The notes under the pieces: model-generated | Seen by the model: the letters and a program-made list of their open reading frames with translations, nothing else | The model's database searches: none | Told to the model about the DNA's origin: nothing | From: Spirochaetota bacterium | Lineage (GTDB): Bacteria > Spirochaetota > UBA4802 > JAFGDQ01 | Length of the DNA stretch: 64,000 bases | NCBI GenBank assembly: GCA_043803405.1 | Contig: JAZDKB010000013.1 | Location: 24,658 to 88,657 of the forward strand | Direction of reading: 5' to 3' | Program-made: the position numbers and the translations under genes | Part shown: positions 1-9,535 of the stretch, in pieces | Position numbering within the stretch: position 1 is the stretch's first letter | How the letters are laid out: the number at the start of each line of letters is the position of its first letter

Positions 1-413
1 TGAAGTTTATTCAGCCTGGCAGTCAGCTCTTTAATTTCTTTGCTGTCGGGGTCCTTAATGTTTAAATAATTGATCCTCTCGCCTGTTTCTTCAATCTGAT
101 CCTGAATGATCTTTTCCTTTTTAAAATCCGTAGTACCTATAACATCAGTGCCTTTAAAAAGCATGTGTTCCAGCATGTGTGCAATGCCAATGGAATTTTC
201 GCTCTCGTCAACAGATCCGACTTTAAAAGAGATAAGCAGGGCAAGAGTAGGCGTGTAACCGCGGTCCAGCATTATTACGTTAATGCCGTTTGGCATTGTT
301 TTCTGCACAACGCTGTTTTTTAAATATTCACCTGCATCGTTTATTTTTGCCTGGCCCGTAGTAGTCAGGAGCGACAACCAGAACATTATTATAATAATTT
401 TTAATAATTTCAT
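1..413 (-). CDS. M16 family (insulinase-like) zinc metallopeptidase, N-terminal part, runs off window edge
   Basis: Read manually from ATG at 413: signal peptide, then GSVDE...GIAHMLEHMLFKGT (HxxEH motif); not in ORF track. Confidence 0.9.
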   Translation of the reverse strand, partial: MKLLKIIIIMFWLSLLTTTGQAKINDAGEYLKNSVVQKTMPNGINVIMLDRGYTPTLALLISFKVGSVDESENSIGIAHMLEHMLFKGTDVIGTTDFKKEKIIQDQIEETGERINYLNIKDPDSKEIKELTARLNKL

Positions 414-453
414 TCTATATCCTTTGACTTTAAGTGTTTTACTATTATTTATA

Positions 454-813
454 CTAATCTTTATTGTTCTTCAGAATTTCTTCGGCAGCTTTCTTTAATT
501 GCGGATCGACATTTACATGAATATTCTTTTCCGCAGCAGACTGCGCATTTGACTTGTCTTCGTATATCCATTGGCCGAGGGCGCTTATCATTCTTTCGAA
601 TATCTCATTGACCTTGTTGTGCATATTGGCCTTTTTATAAAACTTAAAAGCCATTAACGGCTGTTTCTTTTCATAATAATAAAAATCGCCTATCCTGGCA
701 ATGCCGTCTTTGTAATCTGTTTTAACAAATATTTTTAAAGCATTATCGATTTCGCCCTTATTAAAGAGTTCATTTCCTTTTCTTATTAAAGCTATTCTCT
801 CTTTTTTATCCAT
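454..813 (-). CDS. Hypothetical helical/TPR-like protein
   Basis: 119-aa ORF with TPR-like pattern (LIRKGNELFNKG...ALKIF). Confidence 0.7.
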   Translation of the reverse strand: MDKKERIALIRKGNELFNKGEIDNALKIFVKTDYKDGIARIGDFYYYEKKQPLMAFKFYKKANMHNKVNEIFERMISALGQWIYEDKSNAQSAAEKNIHVNVDPQLKKAAEEILKNNKD

Positions 814-1169
814 AAATATTTGCTGTATCCTCTTTGCCTAGAAAGAAGATCCAAAGAAATTTTTGTATTTACTCATTGCATCTTTCAAGGCACTTTTCTC
901 TTGAATACGCGCAAGTCTTCTAAAACAGACTCTTAAATATACAATCGATATGAATATTGATAATATAAGTATAAAAAAGTCAACAGCAATTCAGTGAAGA
1001 AGCGCGGGATTTGCCGCAAAAGAAGCTGATCAAGCGGTGAGATGCACGATTAATTCTGCGCCAAACGCTGCATTTGTTTCAGCGTTCTGCGCAGAATCAT
1101 GCAATAGACTTTGCGCATTCCGCATATAACGCGGAATGTTCAGCAAGCATATTTGCACTACAAGTGTTT

Positions 1170-1532
1170 TTAGTGTTCCTGGCACCCGTGCTCGTGTTCG
1201 GCGCATCCGATACCTGAGTCACTGAGTTTGCCTGCAAGCCACTGCTCTGTGACTGACCTTACGTCGCCTGAGCAGCCTCTCAGCACCTGAATGCCGAAGC
1301 TCTGGAGAACATTGACAGCGCCCTGGCCCATATTGCCCGCAAGCATCAGGTTCACTCCCAAAGCGGATAAAGTATTCACAATATTTGATTTGCACCCGCA
1401 TCCTGCTGCGGAATTGACTTTATCCTCCGAAACTATTTCTTTATTATCGTTAACAGTAAAAACTGTAAAATACTGGCAGTGCCCGAAATGTTCATCTACC
1501 ATATTCTGATTTGAAGGTAATGCTATTTTCAT
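1170..1532 (-). CDS. NifB/NifX (dinitrogenase FeMo-co biosynthesis/Orp) family protein
   Basis: MKIALP...HFGHC..F, GCGCK, AGNMGQGA motifs; His/Cys tail CAEHEHGCQEH. Confidence 0.9.
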   Translation of the reverse strand: MKIALPSNQNMVDEHFGHCQYFTVFTVNDNKEIVSEDKVNSAAGCGCKSNIVNTLSALGVNLMLAGNMGQGAVNVLQSFGIQVLRGCSGDVRSVTEQWLAGKLSDSGIGCAEHEHGCQEH

Positions 1533-1538
1533 TACATC

Positions 1539-1946
1539 TTACTCCTTATTGTTTAATATTTTTTTCCCGCATCTGGGGCAAATAAATTCATTTGCCGGTT
1601 CGTGAGAAGAGTTAAATGTCTTTTTGCATACACTGCATCTGATGCGTCCTTTTTCTTCCATCGCAACTTCCCCGCCTTCTATTTTGAGTGCTTTTCCGTT
1701 TATTAAAACATCAGCTATTTTTTTGTGAGCGGATTCTATTATCCTGCCGAATGTCTGCCTTGAAATGTTCATTTTCGCAGCAGCGTCTTCCTGGTACAAT
1801 CCTTCGGCATCCGCAAGCCGTATAGCCTCAAATTCATCAAGCGTTAAAACAATTTCCTCTAACTCTAAAGACGGAATGCCTCTCGGCTTAAAATAATTCG
1901 CATCCGGAGAGCATCCTATTTTTCTGCAGCATTTTGGCCTTGACAT
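1539..1946 (-). CDS. DUF134 family putative DNA-binding protein with C-terminal CxxC..CxxC ribbon
   Basis: MSRPK..R, FKPRG, DEFEAIRLAD, MNISRQTF signature. Confidence 0.9.
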   Translation of the reverse strand: MSRPKCCRKIGCSPDANYFKPRGIPSLELEEIVLTLDEFEAIRLADAEGLYQEDAAAKMNISRQTFGRIIESAHKKIADVLINGKALKIEGGEVAMEEKGRIRCSVCKKTFNSSHEPANEFICPRCGKKILNNKE

Positions 1947-1966
1947 TTAAACACCCCGATATAATA

Positions 1967-1982
1967 ATGAGCATATGCTCAT
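1967..1982. promoter_or_regulatory. Perfect 16-bp palindrome, putative operator
   Basis: ATGAGCATATGCTCAT in the divergent DUF134/activator intergenic region. Confidence 0.6.
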
Positions 1983-2039
1983 AAATCGTCAACATAAAAT
2001 TTTTATTTTTTAAAAAAAGCTCACTATTTTCTCAAAATT

Positions 2040-3350
2040 ATGCATAAAGAAACTAGACAGGATATTATTTTAGACAGCATAGCGGACGGTGTCTTTACCG
2101 TTGATATGGATTTTAAGATCACATCAATAAACAGGGCAGGCGCCAAAATTCTGGACATACGAAAAGAGGAAGCTGTCGGCAAACTCTGCTTTGAAATCTT
2201 CCACGCCAATATATGCGAGCATTCCTGCGCATTAAAAGAAACAATGGATACAGGCGACAATATTATAAATAAAACTATTTATATTGTAAATTCCAAAGGT
2301 GAACGGGTACCGGTAAGCGTAAGCACAGCGCTTTTAAAAAACAATAAAAACGAAGTTATTGGAGGAGTCGAGACATTCCGCGACATAACGGATATTGAAA
2401 CCCTTCGCAGGGAGATTGAGGCAAAGTTTTCTTTTAATGATATAATAACCAAGAATAAAAAAATGATGGAATTGTTCGCCATTTTACCTGACATAGCCCG
2501 GAGCGACAGCTCCGTGCTTATACAGGGTCCGACAGGCACAGGCAAAGAACTTATAGCAAAAGCCATTCATTCCCTGAGTTCGCGGAAAAAAAAGCCGTTT
2601 ATAGCCATTAACTGCGCCGCTTTGCCGGACAATCTTCTCGAGTCCGAGCTTTTCGGGTACAAAGCCGGAGCGTTCACAGATGCAAGGAAGGATAAACCCG
2701 GAAGGATTGCGCTGGCTGAGGGCGGATCAGTTTTCCTTGACGAAATAGGCGAACTATCGCCTGCAATACAGGTTAAGCTTTTACGCTTTCTTCAGGAGAA
2801 GGAATACGAGCCGCTTGGATCAACTTCTACCATAAATGCAAATGTGCGTATAATCGCCGCGACCAATAAAGATTTGCTGTCCGGTATTGCAAACCGTTCT
2901 TTCAGGGACGATCTTTACTACAGGCTTAATGTGATCAATATTAAACTCGATCCTTTAGCCGGACGCAGGGAAGATGTCCCGCTTCTGGTGAGTCATTTTA
3001 TAAAAAAATTCAATGCTATTAAAGGCAAACACATTGAGGGTGTTTCCGATGATGTCATGAATATTCTAATGAATTACGATTATCCGGGAAACATCAGGGA
3101 ACTGGAAAATATTATTGAGCATGCTTTCGTACTTTGCAGGGATGCTTATATCGCGCGGGGGCATCTTCCTCAGCAGTTTCGCGGAAACATTCCGGGTGCC
3201 GGCCCAAAAATGACATTGTCGGAAATGGAGCGGATTTATATTATTTCCGCGCTGGAAAAAAACAACGGAAATAAATCAAATGCCGCGGCCGATCTGGGCA
3301 TAGACTCTTCAACATTATGGAGAAAAATAAAAAAATATAATATAACCTGA
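2040..3350 (+). CDS. PAS-domain sigma-54-dependent transcriptional activator (OrpR-like)
   Basis: PAS with C-x8-C-x3-C; Walker A GPTGTGKE; ESELFGYKAGAFTDA; FRDDLYYRLNV; Fis-type HTH. Confidence 0.92.
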   Translation: MHKETRQDIILDSIADGVFTVDMDFKITSINRAGAKILDIRKEEAVGKLCFEIFHANICEHSCALKETMDTGDNIINKTIYIVNSKGERVPVSVSTALLKNNKNEVIGGVETFRDITDIETLRREIEAKFSFNDIITKNKKMMELFAILPDIARSDSSVLIQGPTGTGKELIAKAIHSLSSRKKKPFIAINCAALPDNLLESELFGYKAGAFTDARKDKPGRIALAEGGSVFLDEIGELSPAIQVKLLRFLQEKEYEPLGSTSTINANVRIIAATNKDLLSGIANRSFRDDLYYRLNVINIKLDPLAGRREDVPLLVSHFIKKFNAIKGKHIEGVSDDVMNILMNYDYPGNIRELENIIEHAFVLCRDAYIARGHLPQQFRGNIPGAGPKMTLSEMERIYIISALEKNNGNKSNAAADLGIDSSTLWRKIKKYNIT

Positions 3351-3417
3351 TTCCTTTTAATGGCAAACAGATATTAATATAAATACTGATAAACAGCCGG
3401 ATAAATATCAATCAAGA

Positions 3418-3702
3418 GTGCAGCTTATGGAAAATATTATTGTACGGCTTCAACTTGACGGCCACTGCATTGAGACCGCAGCAAAAAAAGAGTTTCAGCA
3501 TTTGATGGATAATTTCATGAGCTCGCAGGACAGGGACGAAGAAACGTCAATGGAGCAACTGGAGCTTCTCAGAGAATTTTTGCTTAAGTCGGATTTCCGG
3601 GCACTGCGGGCTTCAGACAAAAGGCTGTCAGGAACAGAAAAATCGAATGTTATTGTGTTCCGCAATAGTGACGGAAAACCTGAACTGCAAATCGAAACTT
3701 AA
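3418..3702 (+). CDS. Hypothetical protein
   Basis: 94-aa ORF (ATG at 3427 also possible) with HCIET motif, directly after the activator. Confidence 0.7.
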   Translation: MQLMENIIVRLQLDGHCIETAAKKEFQHLMDNFMSSQDRDEETSMEQLELLREFLLKSDFRALRASDKRLSGTEKSNVIVFRNSDGKPELQIET

Positions 3703-3857
3703 TAAAATACATAATATCAGGATATCCGATAAATCTGTCTATTCAGCGTATTTTATTTCCATTTTTTAAAATTCATTGAAGCACGATATATAAAGAATGA
3801 AGATACCAACTCTTTTTTAAAATGTGAGTTAAACTGTAAGAACACCTTTGTCGAATA

Positions 3858-4514
3858 TCAACCGGCAAATTGCAGAATGTAATATATTGATTTAAATGAT
3901 TCCGGATTTTTTTTATATTCTTTTATCTCGGAAATTTCATTTTTAAACAACGAATCATCATTTAAGGATTTTATTCCTGCTTCCATGCATCTGTAATAAT
4001 CATCCCACCATTCGTTTTTATCCAGCCGGAAAGACCCGATGAGGTTCAAATTATATTTTTTAAATATATCTTTTTTTCGCGCGTCATCCTTTATCTCATC
4101 ATGAATTATGATATATCCTTTGCTTTTAATATGTTTAACAAGAACGGGTAATCCTTTTTCAAATCCGATTACATTCAGAAAACCTTCCGCTAATATAATA
4201 TCAAAATTAATATTGAATAAATAATTTTCATTTATAGAGGCATGGATTATTTTAATTCTGTCGGAATATTTTGATTCATCAATTTTTTTCTGCAGCCATG
4301 TTAAACTCGATTTATCAGAATCAACCGCGTAAATTATACCGTTAAAATTTTCAGCTAAAGCAAGAGTCGGAACTCCTGTTCCGCATCCGATGTCCAGGAT
4401 TATAGGATTGTCAGGTTTAGGGATTAATGAAAATGCTTTAAAAGTATATTTAAGCAAATTTTCCCTGCATTCGTCCATAATTTTATATTTTTCTGAATTC
4501 ATAAAAGATATCAC
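3858..4514 (-). CDS. Class I SAM-dependent methyltransferase
   Basis: ILDIGCGTG motif I; FDIILAEG. Confidence 0.85.
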   Translation of the reverse strand: MISFMNSEKYKIMDECRENLLKYTFKAFSLIPKPDNPIILDIGCGTGVPTLALAENFNGIIYAVDSDKSSLTWLQKKIDESKYSDRIKIIHASINENYLFNINFDIILAEGFLNVIGFEKGLPVLVKHIKSKGYIIIHDEIKDDARKKDIFKKYNLNLIGSFRLDKNEWWDDYYRCMEAGIKSLNDDSLFKNEISEIKEYKKNPESFKSIYYILQFAG

Positions 4515-4689
4515 GCTATATCAGTTTTTACTGCTTCTCACCAGGAAACATTTTAAAATTATCTTTGCTTAATGATTTCTTCTGAGAATAAATCATTGTT
4601 CTTTGAAATACAACAAATTATTTTAATAAATTTTCTTGACTTTAATAATCGTTACTTAATAATATTTTATTCCAAATGACTAAGGACAA

Positions 4690-4995
4690 ATGATGTTTCA
4701 AAGCTTTTTAAAAATAATCCGCAAAAAACAAATCTATGCTCTGCTGGCAGTCGCCCTCATAGTTATAGGTACGCTCATCGTGGCTTTTCATCACCATGAT
4801 GACGGCAAAATTCATGTTGATTGCCCGATATGCAGACTGCAGGAATCCGGATTAGCTGCACTCGTTAATCAAAAAATCATCGTAATTGTTCCGCACGTTT
4901 TTATATGCTGTTATCTGATATTTTTATCATCAATCATTAACAAAACTTTTATCCACAAGAGCGCATACCCGCACGCTCCTCCTTTTATCTCCTAA
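4690..4995 (+). CDS. DUF2946-like small membrane leader protein (His-rich, CxxC, C-terminal HAPP)
   Basis: N-terminal TM, HHHDDG..H.DCPIC, ends YPHAPPFIS; upstream of metal OM protein. Confidence 0.65.
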   Translation: MMFQSFLKIIRKKQIYALLAVALIVIGTLIVAFHHHDDGKIHVDCPICRLQESGLAALVNQKIIVIVPHVFICCYLIFLSSIINKTFIHKSAYPHAPPFIS

Positions 4996-5296
4996 AAAAA
5001 TTTCATGTTATATACCTGACTGGAAGACGGCCTGTTCAGAATATGCAGGTTGGCATTCAGCATTATCATTCAAGCAACGAGATTACCATAATAATTATCA
5101 ATATTGGTATATCTGCTTTGATAGTTAATTAAAGAAAATATTTATATTCGACTAAACGCTGTTACAGTCATGCTCATTAACGCTGAATTTATCTGCATGT
5201 GAGTTTTAAAAATACACTGTAAAGACAAATAGTTTTTCAGCCAGCTGTGCTGTACAGGAGTTTTTAAAATCCAAATAATTCAAAGGAGATCAATAA

Positions 5297-6607
5297 TTGA
5301 AAAATATATTAATATATTTATTACTGATGATTCTTACTTCATCAGTCGCCTTTGCTCAAAACAAGGCAAATGAAGATTTTAGTATCAGTGTTCAGAAAGA
5401 GGGGTCTTCAGGCTCTCCGTTTTCTCAGTCAAAATTTGTTCCCGATATATCGCTTATACTCGATGCATCGTATGTCTGGCGCAGCATTAAGGACGAGAAA
5501 ATAAATACTCTGAGCAGCCCTGAATTTACTCATGCCATGTCTGAAGAGGATGCACACGAAAATATGAACTCCCGCAACGGATTCAATTTTAATTACGCTG
5601 AACTAACTTTTTATTCCGTTGTCGATCCATACTTTGACCTTTTCGCGGTATGTCACTTCTCAAAGGATGGAGCCGAGATAGAAGAAGGTTATTTCACTAC
5701 AACTGCTTTGCCTTATGGGTTTCAGCTTAAGGGAGGCAACTTTTTAAGTCATTTCGGAAGAATAAACGAACAGCATGCGCATTACTGGGATTTCGCGGAG
5801 ATACCGCTGGCATACCAGACCTTTTTCGGGGCTGAGGGACTTAATGAAACCGGGGGACGGCTCACATGGGTCGCGCCGATTGATTTTTATTTAATGTTCG
5901 GTTCCGAAGTTCTCATGGGGAGCAATGAAACTACTTTTGGAAATGAAGGATTTACCAGTGCTGACGGATCTGTAAATGTTAAAGGAAACAACGGCCCCAA
6001 TCTAAGCGTCAGTTATGTAAAAACATCCTTCGATATGGGTGATCTGGTTGTGCTCGCGGGCGCATCCGGCGCTTTTGGCAGAACCCGCATTAATCACGGC
6101 ATTGATATATCCGGCGAGGAAGGCCATGCGATGCAAGGAAAGTCGTATGTGCTTGGAGGCGACCTCACTCTGAAATATCAGATCGATTCAATACGTTTCC
6201 TGTCGCTTCAATCAGAATATCTTTACAGAAATATGAAGGGATCGCTTTATGAAAAAGATGCTGCCGATGCTGTTTCCGAATCCGACATTGATAAAAAACA
6301 ATCCGGATTTTATTCCCAGCTCGTCGGCAAGTTTTCAAAACGCTGGAGAATCGGACTTCGTTATGATCTCCTTCAGTTGAACGATGTAAAAGAGAACGGG
6401 AGTAAGAAGAATTTACCGGATAATCTGCCGAGATATTCGGCAATGACAGATTACAATCCGACTGAATTTTCCCGAATACGGCTTCAATATAACTGCGATA
6501 TGAGCAAATACGAAACTGCCGGAGATACGTACAGCAGGAAGATTAATCACGAGGTTTTTTTACAGATTAATTTAGCGATCGGCGCGCACGGCGCACATTC
6601 GTTTTAA
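5297..6607 (+). CDS. Outer-membrane beta-barrel/porin of the 'zinc-regulated receptor' type
   Basis: Signal peptide, VDPYFD, HAHYWDF, EFSRIRLQY, C-terminal GAHGAHSF; AAGGAG RBS before TTG. Confidence 0.8.
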   Translation: MKNILIYLLLMILTSSVAFAQNKANEDFSISVQKEGSSGSPFSQSKFVPDISLILDASYVWRSIKDEKINTLSSPEFTHAMSEEDAHENMNSRNGFNFNYAELTFYSVVDPYFDLFAVCHFSKDGAEIEEGYFTTTALPYGFQLKGGNFLSHFGRINEQHAHYWDFAEIPLAYQTFFGAEGLNETGGRLTWVAPIDFYLMFGSEVLMGSNETTFGNEGFTSADGSVNVKGNNGPNLSVSYVKTSFDMGDLVVLAGASGAFGRTRINHGIDISGEEGHAMQGKSYVLGGDLTLKYQIDSIRFLSLQSEYLYRNMKGSLYEKDAADAVSESDIDKKQSGFYSQLVGKFSKRWRIGLRYDLLQLNDVKENGSKKNLPDNLPRYSAMTDYNPTEFSRIRLQYNCDMSKYETAGDTYSRKINHEVFLQINLAIGAHGAHSF

Positions 6608-6625
6608 TATTTCAGGAGGAAAAAT

Positions 6626-6973
6626 ATGTTAAAAAAATTATCAGTAAAATATTTAGTCTTATTCTTCATGATGTCGGTTTCAATGGCCGGCTGTTCGAGT
6701 GCCGGTAACTTATACTATTCTATTTTCAAAAAAGGCGATATTATCGAAATGAATGAAAAGGAGATAGTATTCTGTGTTGGATGCGTTGAAAAGATTGAGA
6801 TAGGACAAGAGTTTAAAATTTATAAACATGTCGTTCATAAACCGCATTACGGCGCTTATTGGAAAAAAGAGTACATCGGTGTAGTTAAAATCAAGGAATT
6901 CACAGATACACATCACGCAAGGGCAACAATATTATCGGGGGTGCCTGATGAAAAAACTAAAGTTGAAATGTAA
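6626..6973 (+). CDS. Lipoprotein, FlgT C-terminal-like beta domain
   Basis: Lipobox MAGC; IGQEFKIY..IGVVKIKEF..HARATILSG pattern. Confidence 0.6.
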   Translation: MLKKLSVKYLVLFFMMSVSMAGCSSAGNLYYSIFKKGDIIEMNEKEIVFCVGCVEKIEIGQEFKIYKHVVHKPHYGAYWKKEYIGVVKIKEFTDTHHARATILSGVPDEKTKVEM

Positions 6974-6989
6974 TTTAAGGAGAATAACA

Positions 6990-7883
6990 ATGAAAAAAAT
7001 TTTAATGACTTTAATGATTTCCGCTATTTTTATATCAGCAGCCTATGCTGAAAAACTGCATATAGTAACTACCTACCCGTATATAGCAAGCATTGCTGAA
7101 CAGATAGGTAAAGACCGGATAAAGGCCAATGCACTGGCGCGCGGAGACTATGATCCGCACACAATAATTCCGAAACCGTCATTCATCGCGAAGCTCCGCA
7201 AAGCAGATCTTCTTATTATAAGCGGAGCCCAGCTGGAGATAGGGTGGCTGCCTCCGCTTTTGAAGCAGGCAAATAACGCTGTTGTAAATCCGGGACGCCC
7301 GGGATTTCTCGATCTGTCAACATTCGTAAAACTAATCGATGTTCCAACAAGTGTTTCGCGTGATCAGGGAGATATACATCCGGACGGGAACCCGCATTTT
7401 TATCTTAACCCGGGTAACATTCCTTTGCTTGCCGAGGCAATAACAAAAAAGTTTTCCGAAATCGATATTCAAAATAGCTCATATTATAAAACTAATTGTA
7501 AGGAATTTTTGTCCATCTGGAGCAAAAAAACCGAAGAATGGAAGAAAAGGCTCTCATTGGTTAAAGGAAAAAGTGTCATCGAATATCATAAAAATTATGA
7601 TTATCTTCTTCGCGCATTCGGCCTTTCACTTATCGGAACTGTCGAAAGCCTGCCAGGGATCCCGCCGAGCGCAAATCATATAGCATCCCTTGAAAAAATT
7701 ATAGGCGCAAAAAAGATCGATTTTATCCTTCAGGACGTATACAATCCGGACGAAGCTGCCAATCATCTGTCAAAAAAATACGGAATCAGACTTATTAAAC
7801 TGCCGCACGATGTCGGCGCCGTGCGTGAGGCTGAAGGCATAATTTCATTATTTGATGAAATAGTGCGGAGGTTAACGCAATGA
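6990..7883 (+). CDS. Metal ABC transporter substrate-binding protein (ZnuA/TroA family)
   Basis: DPH, GDIHPDGNPH, YH ligands; start chosen at ATG after AAGGAG. Confidence 0.9.
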   Translation: MKKILMTLMISAIFISAAYAEKLHIVTTYPYIASIAEQIGKDRIKANALARGDYDPHTIIPKPSFIAKLRKADLLIISGAQLEIGWLPPLLKQANNAVVNPGRPGFLDLSTFVKLIDVPTSVSRDQGDIHPDGNPHFYLNPGNIPLLAEAITKKFSEIDIQNSSYYKTNCKEFLSIWSKKTEEWKKRLSLVKGKSVIEYHKNYDYLLRAFGLSLIGTVESLPGIPPSANHIASLEKIIGAKKIDFILQDVYNPDEAANHLSKKYGIRLIKLPHDVGAVREAEGIISLFDEIVRRLTQ

Positions 7884-8626
7884 GTGACATTCTTGTTTCC
7901 GCTTTTATATTGTCATTAGTGCTTGTCGGCATACATTCTTTTTACGGCCTTGAAATAATAAAAAGAGGGATCATATTTACCGACCTTGCGATCGGACAGA
8001 CAGCCGCTCTAGGCGCGGCTGTCTCGATGTTTTTTCTGCATGGGGCGTTTCTATATCCCGTTTCGCTCTCTTTTGCGCTGATAGGCGGCCTTATTATAGC
8101 GCTGGCCGGACGCAAAAAGGGAAATAATTTAGAGGCGTTCATCGGCCTTCTCTATGCGTTCGGGATATCGGGCGTTTTTATCATTCTTTCCAAGTCATAT
8201 CACGGCATGGAAGAGTTCCAGAAGCTTATGGCGTCCGACATCCTTTTTACACCAGTAGAAGAAATAATAAAGACTGCGATCATTTATGCCTGTGTCGGGC
8301 TGGTGCTGTTTTTTCTATACAGAAGATCAAAAGGATTTATACGAGACGCTATCTTTTTTACTTCGTTCGCTGTAACGGTAACGAGTTCCGTTAGGCTTGC
8401 AGGAGTTCTTATAGTCTTCGCTCTTCTTGTGTCGCCTGCTCTCATTTCGATGCATATAAAGAAAGGAATACCGCTGATCAATGCATGGATAGCCGGGACA
8501 GTAATTAATCTGGTATCGATAATTGTTTCCTACAGGTTCGATTTCCCGACAGGATATACGCTGGTATTCTGCAATTCGCTGTGCGCGCTTATCACGGTTA
8601 TTTTGCCTGGGAAAGACAAAAAATGA
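7880..8626 (+). CDS. Metal ABC-3 type permease
   Basis: Multi-TM, RGIIFTDLA, DILF, VRLAGVLIVFALLVSPA; ATGA overlap with upstream gene. Confidence 0.85.
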   Translation: MSDILVSAFILSLVLVGIHSFYGLEIIKRGIIFTDLAIGQTAALGAAVSMFFLHGAFLYPVSLSFALIGGLIIALAGRKKGNNLEAFIGLLYAFGISGVFIILSKSYHGMEEFQKLMASDILFTPVEEIIKTAIIYACVGLVLFFLYRRSKGFIRDAIFFTSFAVTVTSSVRLAGVLIVFALLVSPALISMHIKKGIPLINAWIAGTVINLVSIIVSYRFDFPTGYTLVFCNSLCALITVILPGKDKK

Positions 8627-8686
8627 TACCGGCACCAGTGAATTGCTTATGAAACCGTACATGGAACAATTTCAAATGATACGAAG

Positions 8687-9535
8687 TTAAATTATGGATT
8701 TAACGGCAATTGCGCCCGCATATATGAACGCTGCGCAAAGCGCAATTGCTGCGCCGCATGAGCAACCTGAATAATATGATATCAGCAATCCGGTAATTCC
8801 GGATATCAGGCTTATCACTATTGATATCAAATTATACGTTTTAAGAGAACGCGTCCAAAGCCTGGCTGAAGCCGCAGGAAGAATAAAAAGAGAATTAATG
8901 ATTAAAATCCCCATCCATCTTATGGATAGAACAATAAGCACAGCGAGAAGAATGGAAAAAAGAGTTTTAACTGCATAAGGCGGAATGCTTTTTCTGTACG
9001 CAAGCGAAGGCTCAATCCCTATCAGGCTTAAATAAGAGCCGAATAATAAAAAAAACACAAACACAACAAATGCCATTATTAAAAGATAAAAAATATCAGC
9101 CGGATTAACGCTTAAAATATCGCCTACAAGATAAACCGAATATTTTCTGAATGAGCTTCCGCCTGTAAGCAGCGCAATGCCTAAGGCAACTGAAAAAGAA
9201 GTAAACACAGCAATTACCGTATCGCTTGACGCCCCGGTTTTCTCTGAAAAAAAATTAATCGCAAACGCGAAAACAACTGCGAATAAAATCATTGGAATAA
9301 ACATCTCGGAAAAACCAATCAGCGCTCCGAGCGCTATTCCTGTGAGTGCCGAATGCCCCATGCCGTCCGAAAAAAATGCCATCCTGTTTGAGATGACTGC
9401 GGCGCCTATCAGCCCGAAGCACGGGGAAACAATGAGTATGGCCAGCAGAGCATTTTTCATAAACGCATACTCTGTCCATGAAAAAGGAAGAACTTCAATA
9501 AGCGTGTACCATGCTTCAACCATTCCTTTCTCCAT
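8687..9535 (-). CDS. znuB: Zn/Mn ABC transporter permease
   Basis: MAFFSDGMGHSALTG, YLVGDIL, GILIINSLFILPAA. Confidence 0.88.
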   Translation of the reverse strand: MEKGMVEAWYTLIEVLPFSWTEYAFMKNALLAILIVSPCFGLIGAAVISNRMAFFSDGMGHSALTGIALGALIGFSEMFIPMILFAVVFAFAINFFSEKTGASSDTVIAVFTSFSVALGIALLTGGSSFRKYSVYLVGDILSVNPADIFYLLIMAFVVFVFFLLFGSYLSLIGIEPSLAYRKSIPPYAVKTLFSILLAVLIVLSIRWMGILIINSLFILPAASARLWTRSLKTYNLISIVISLISGITGLLISYYSGCSCGAAIALCAAFIYAGAIAVKSII

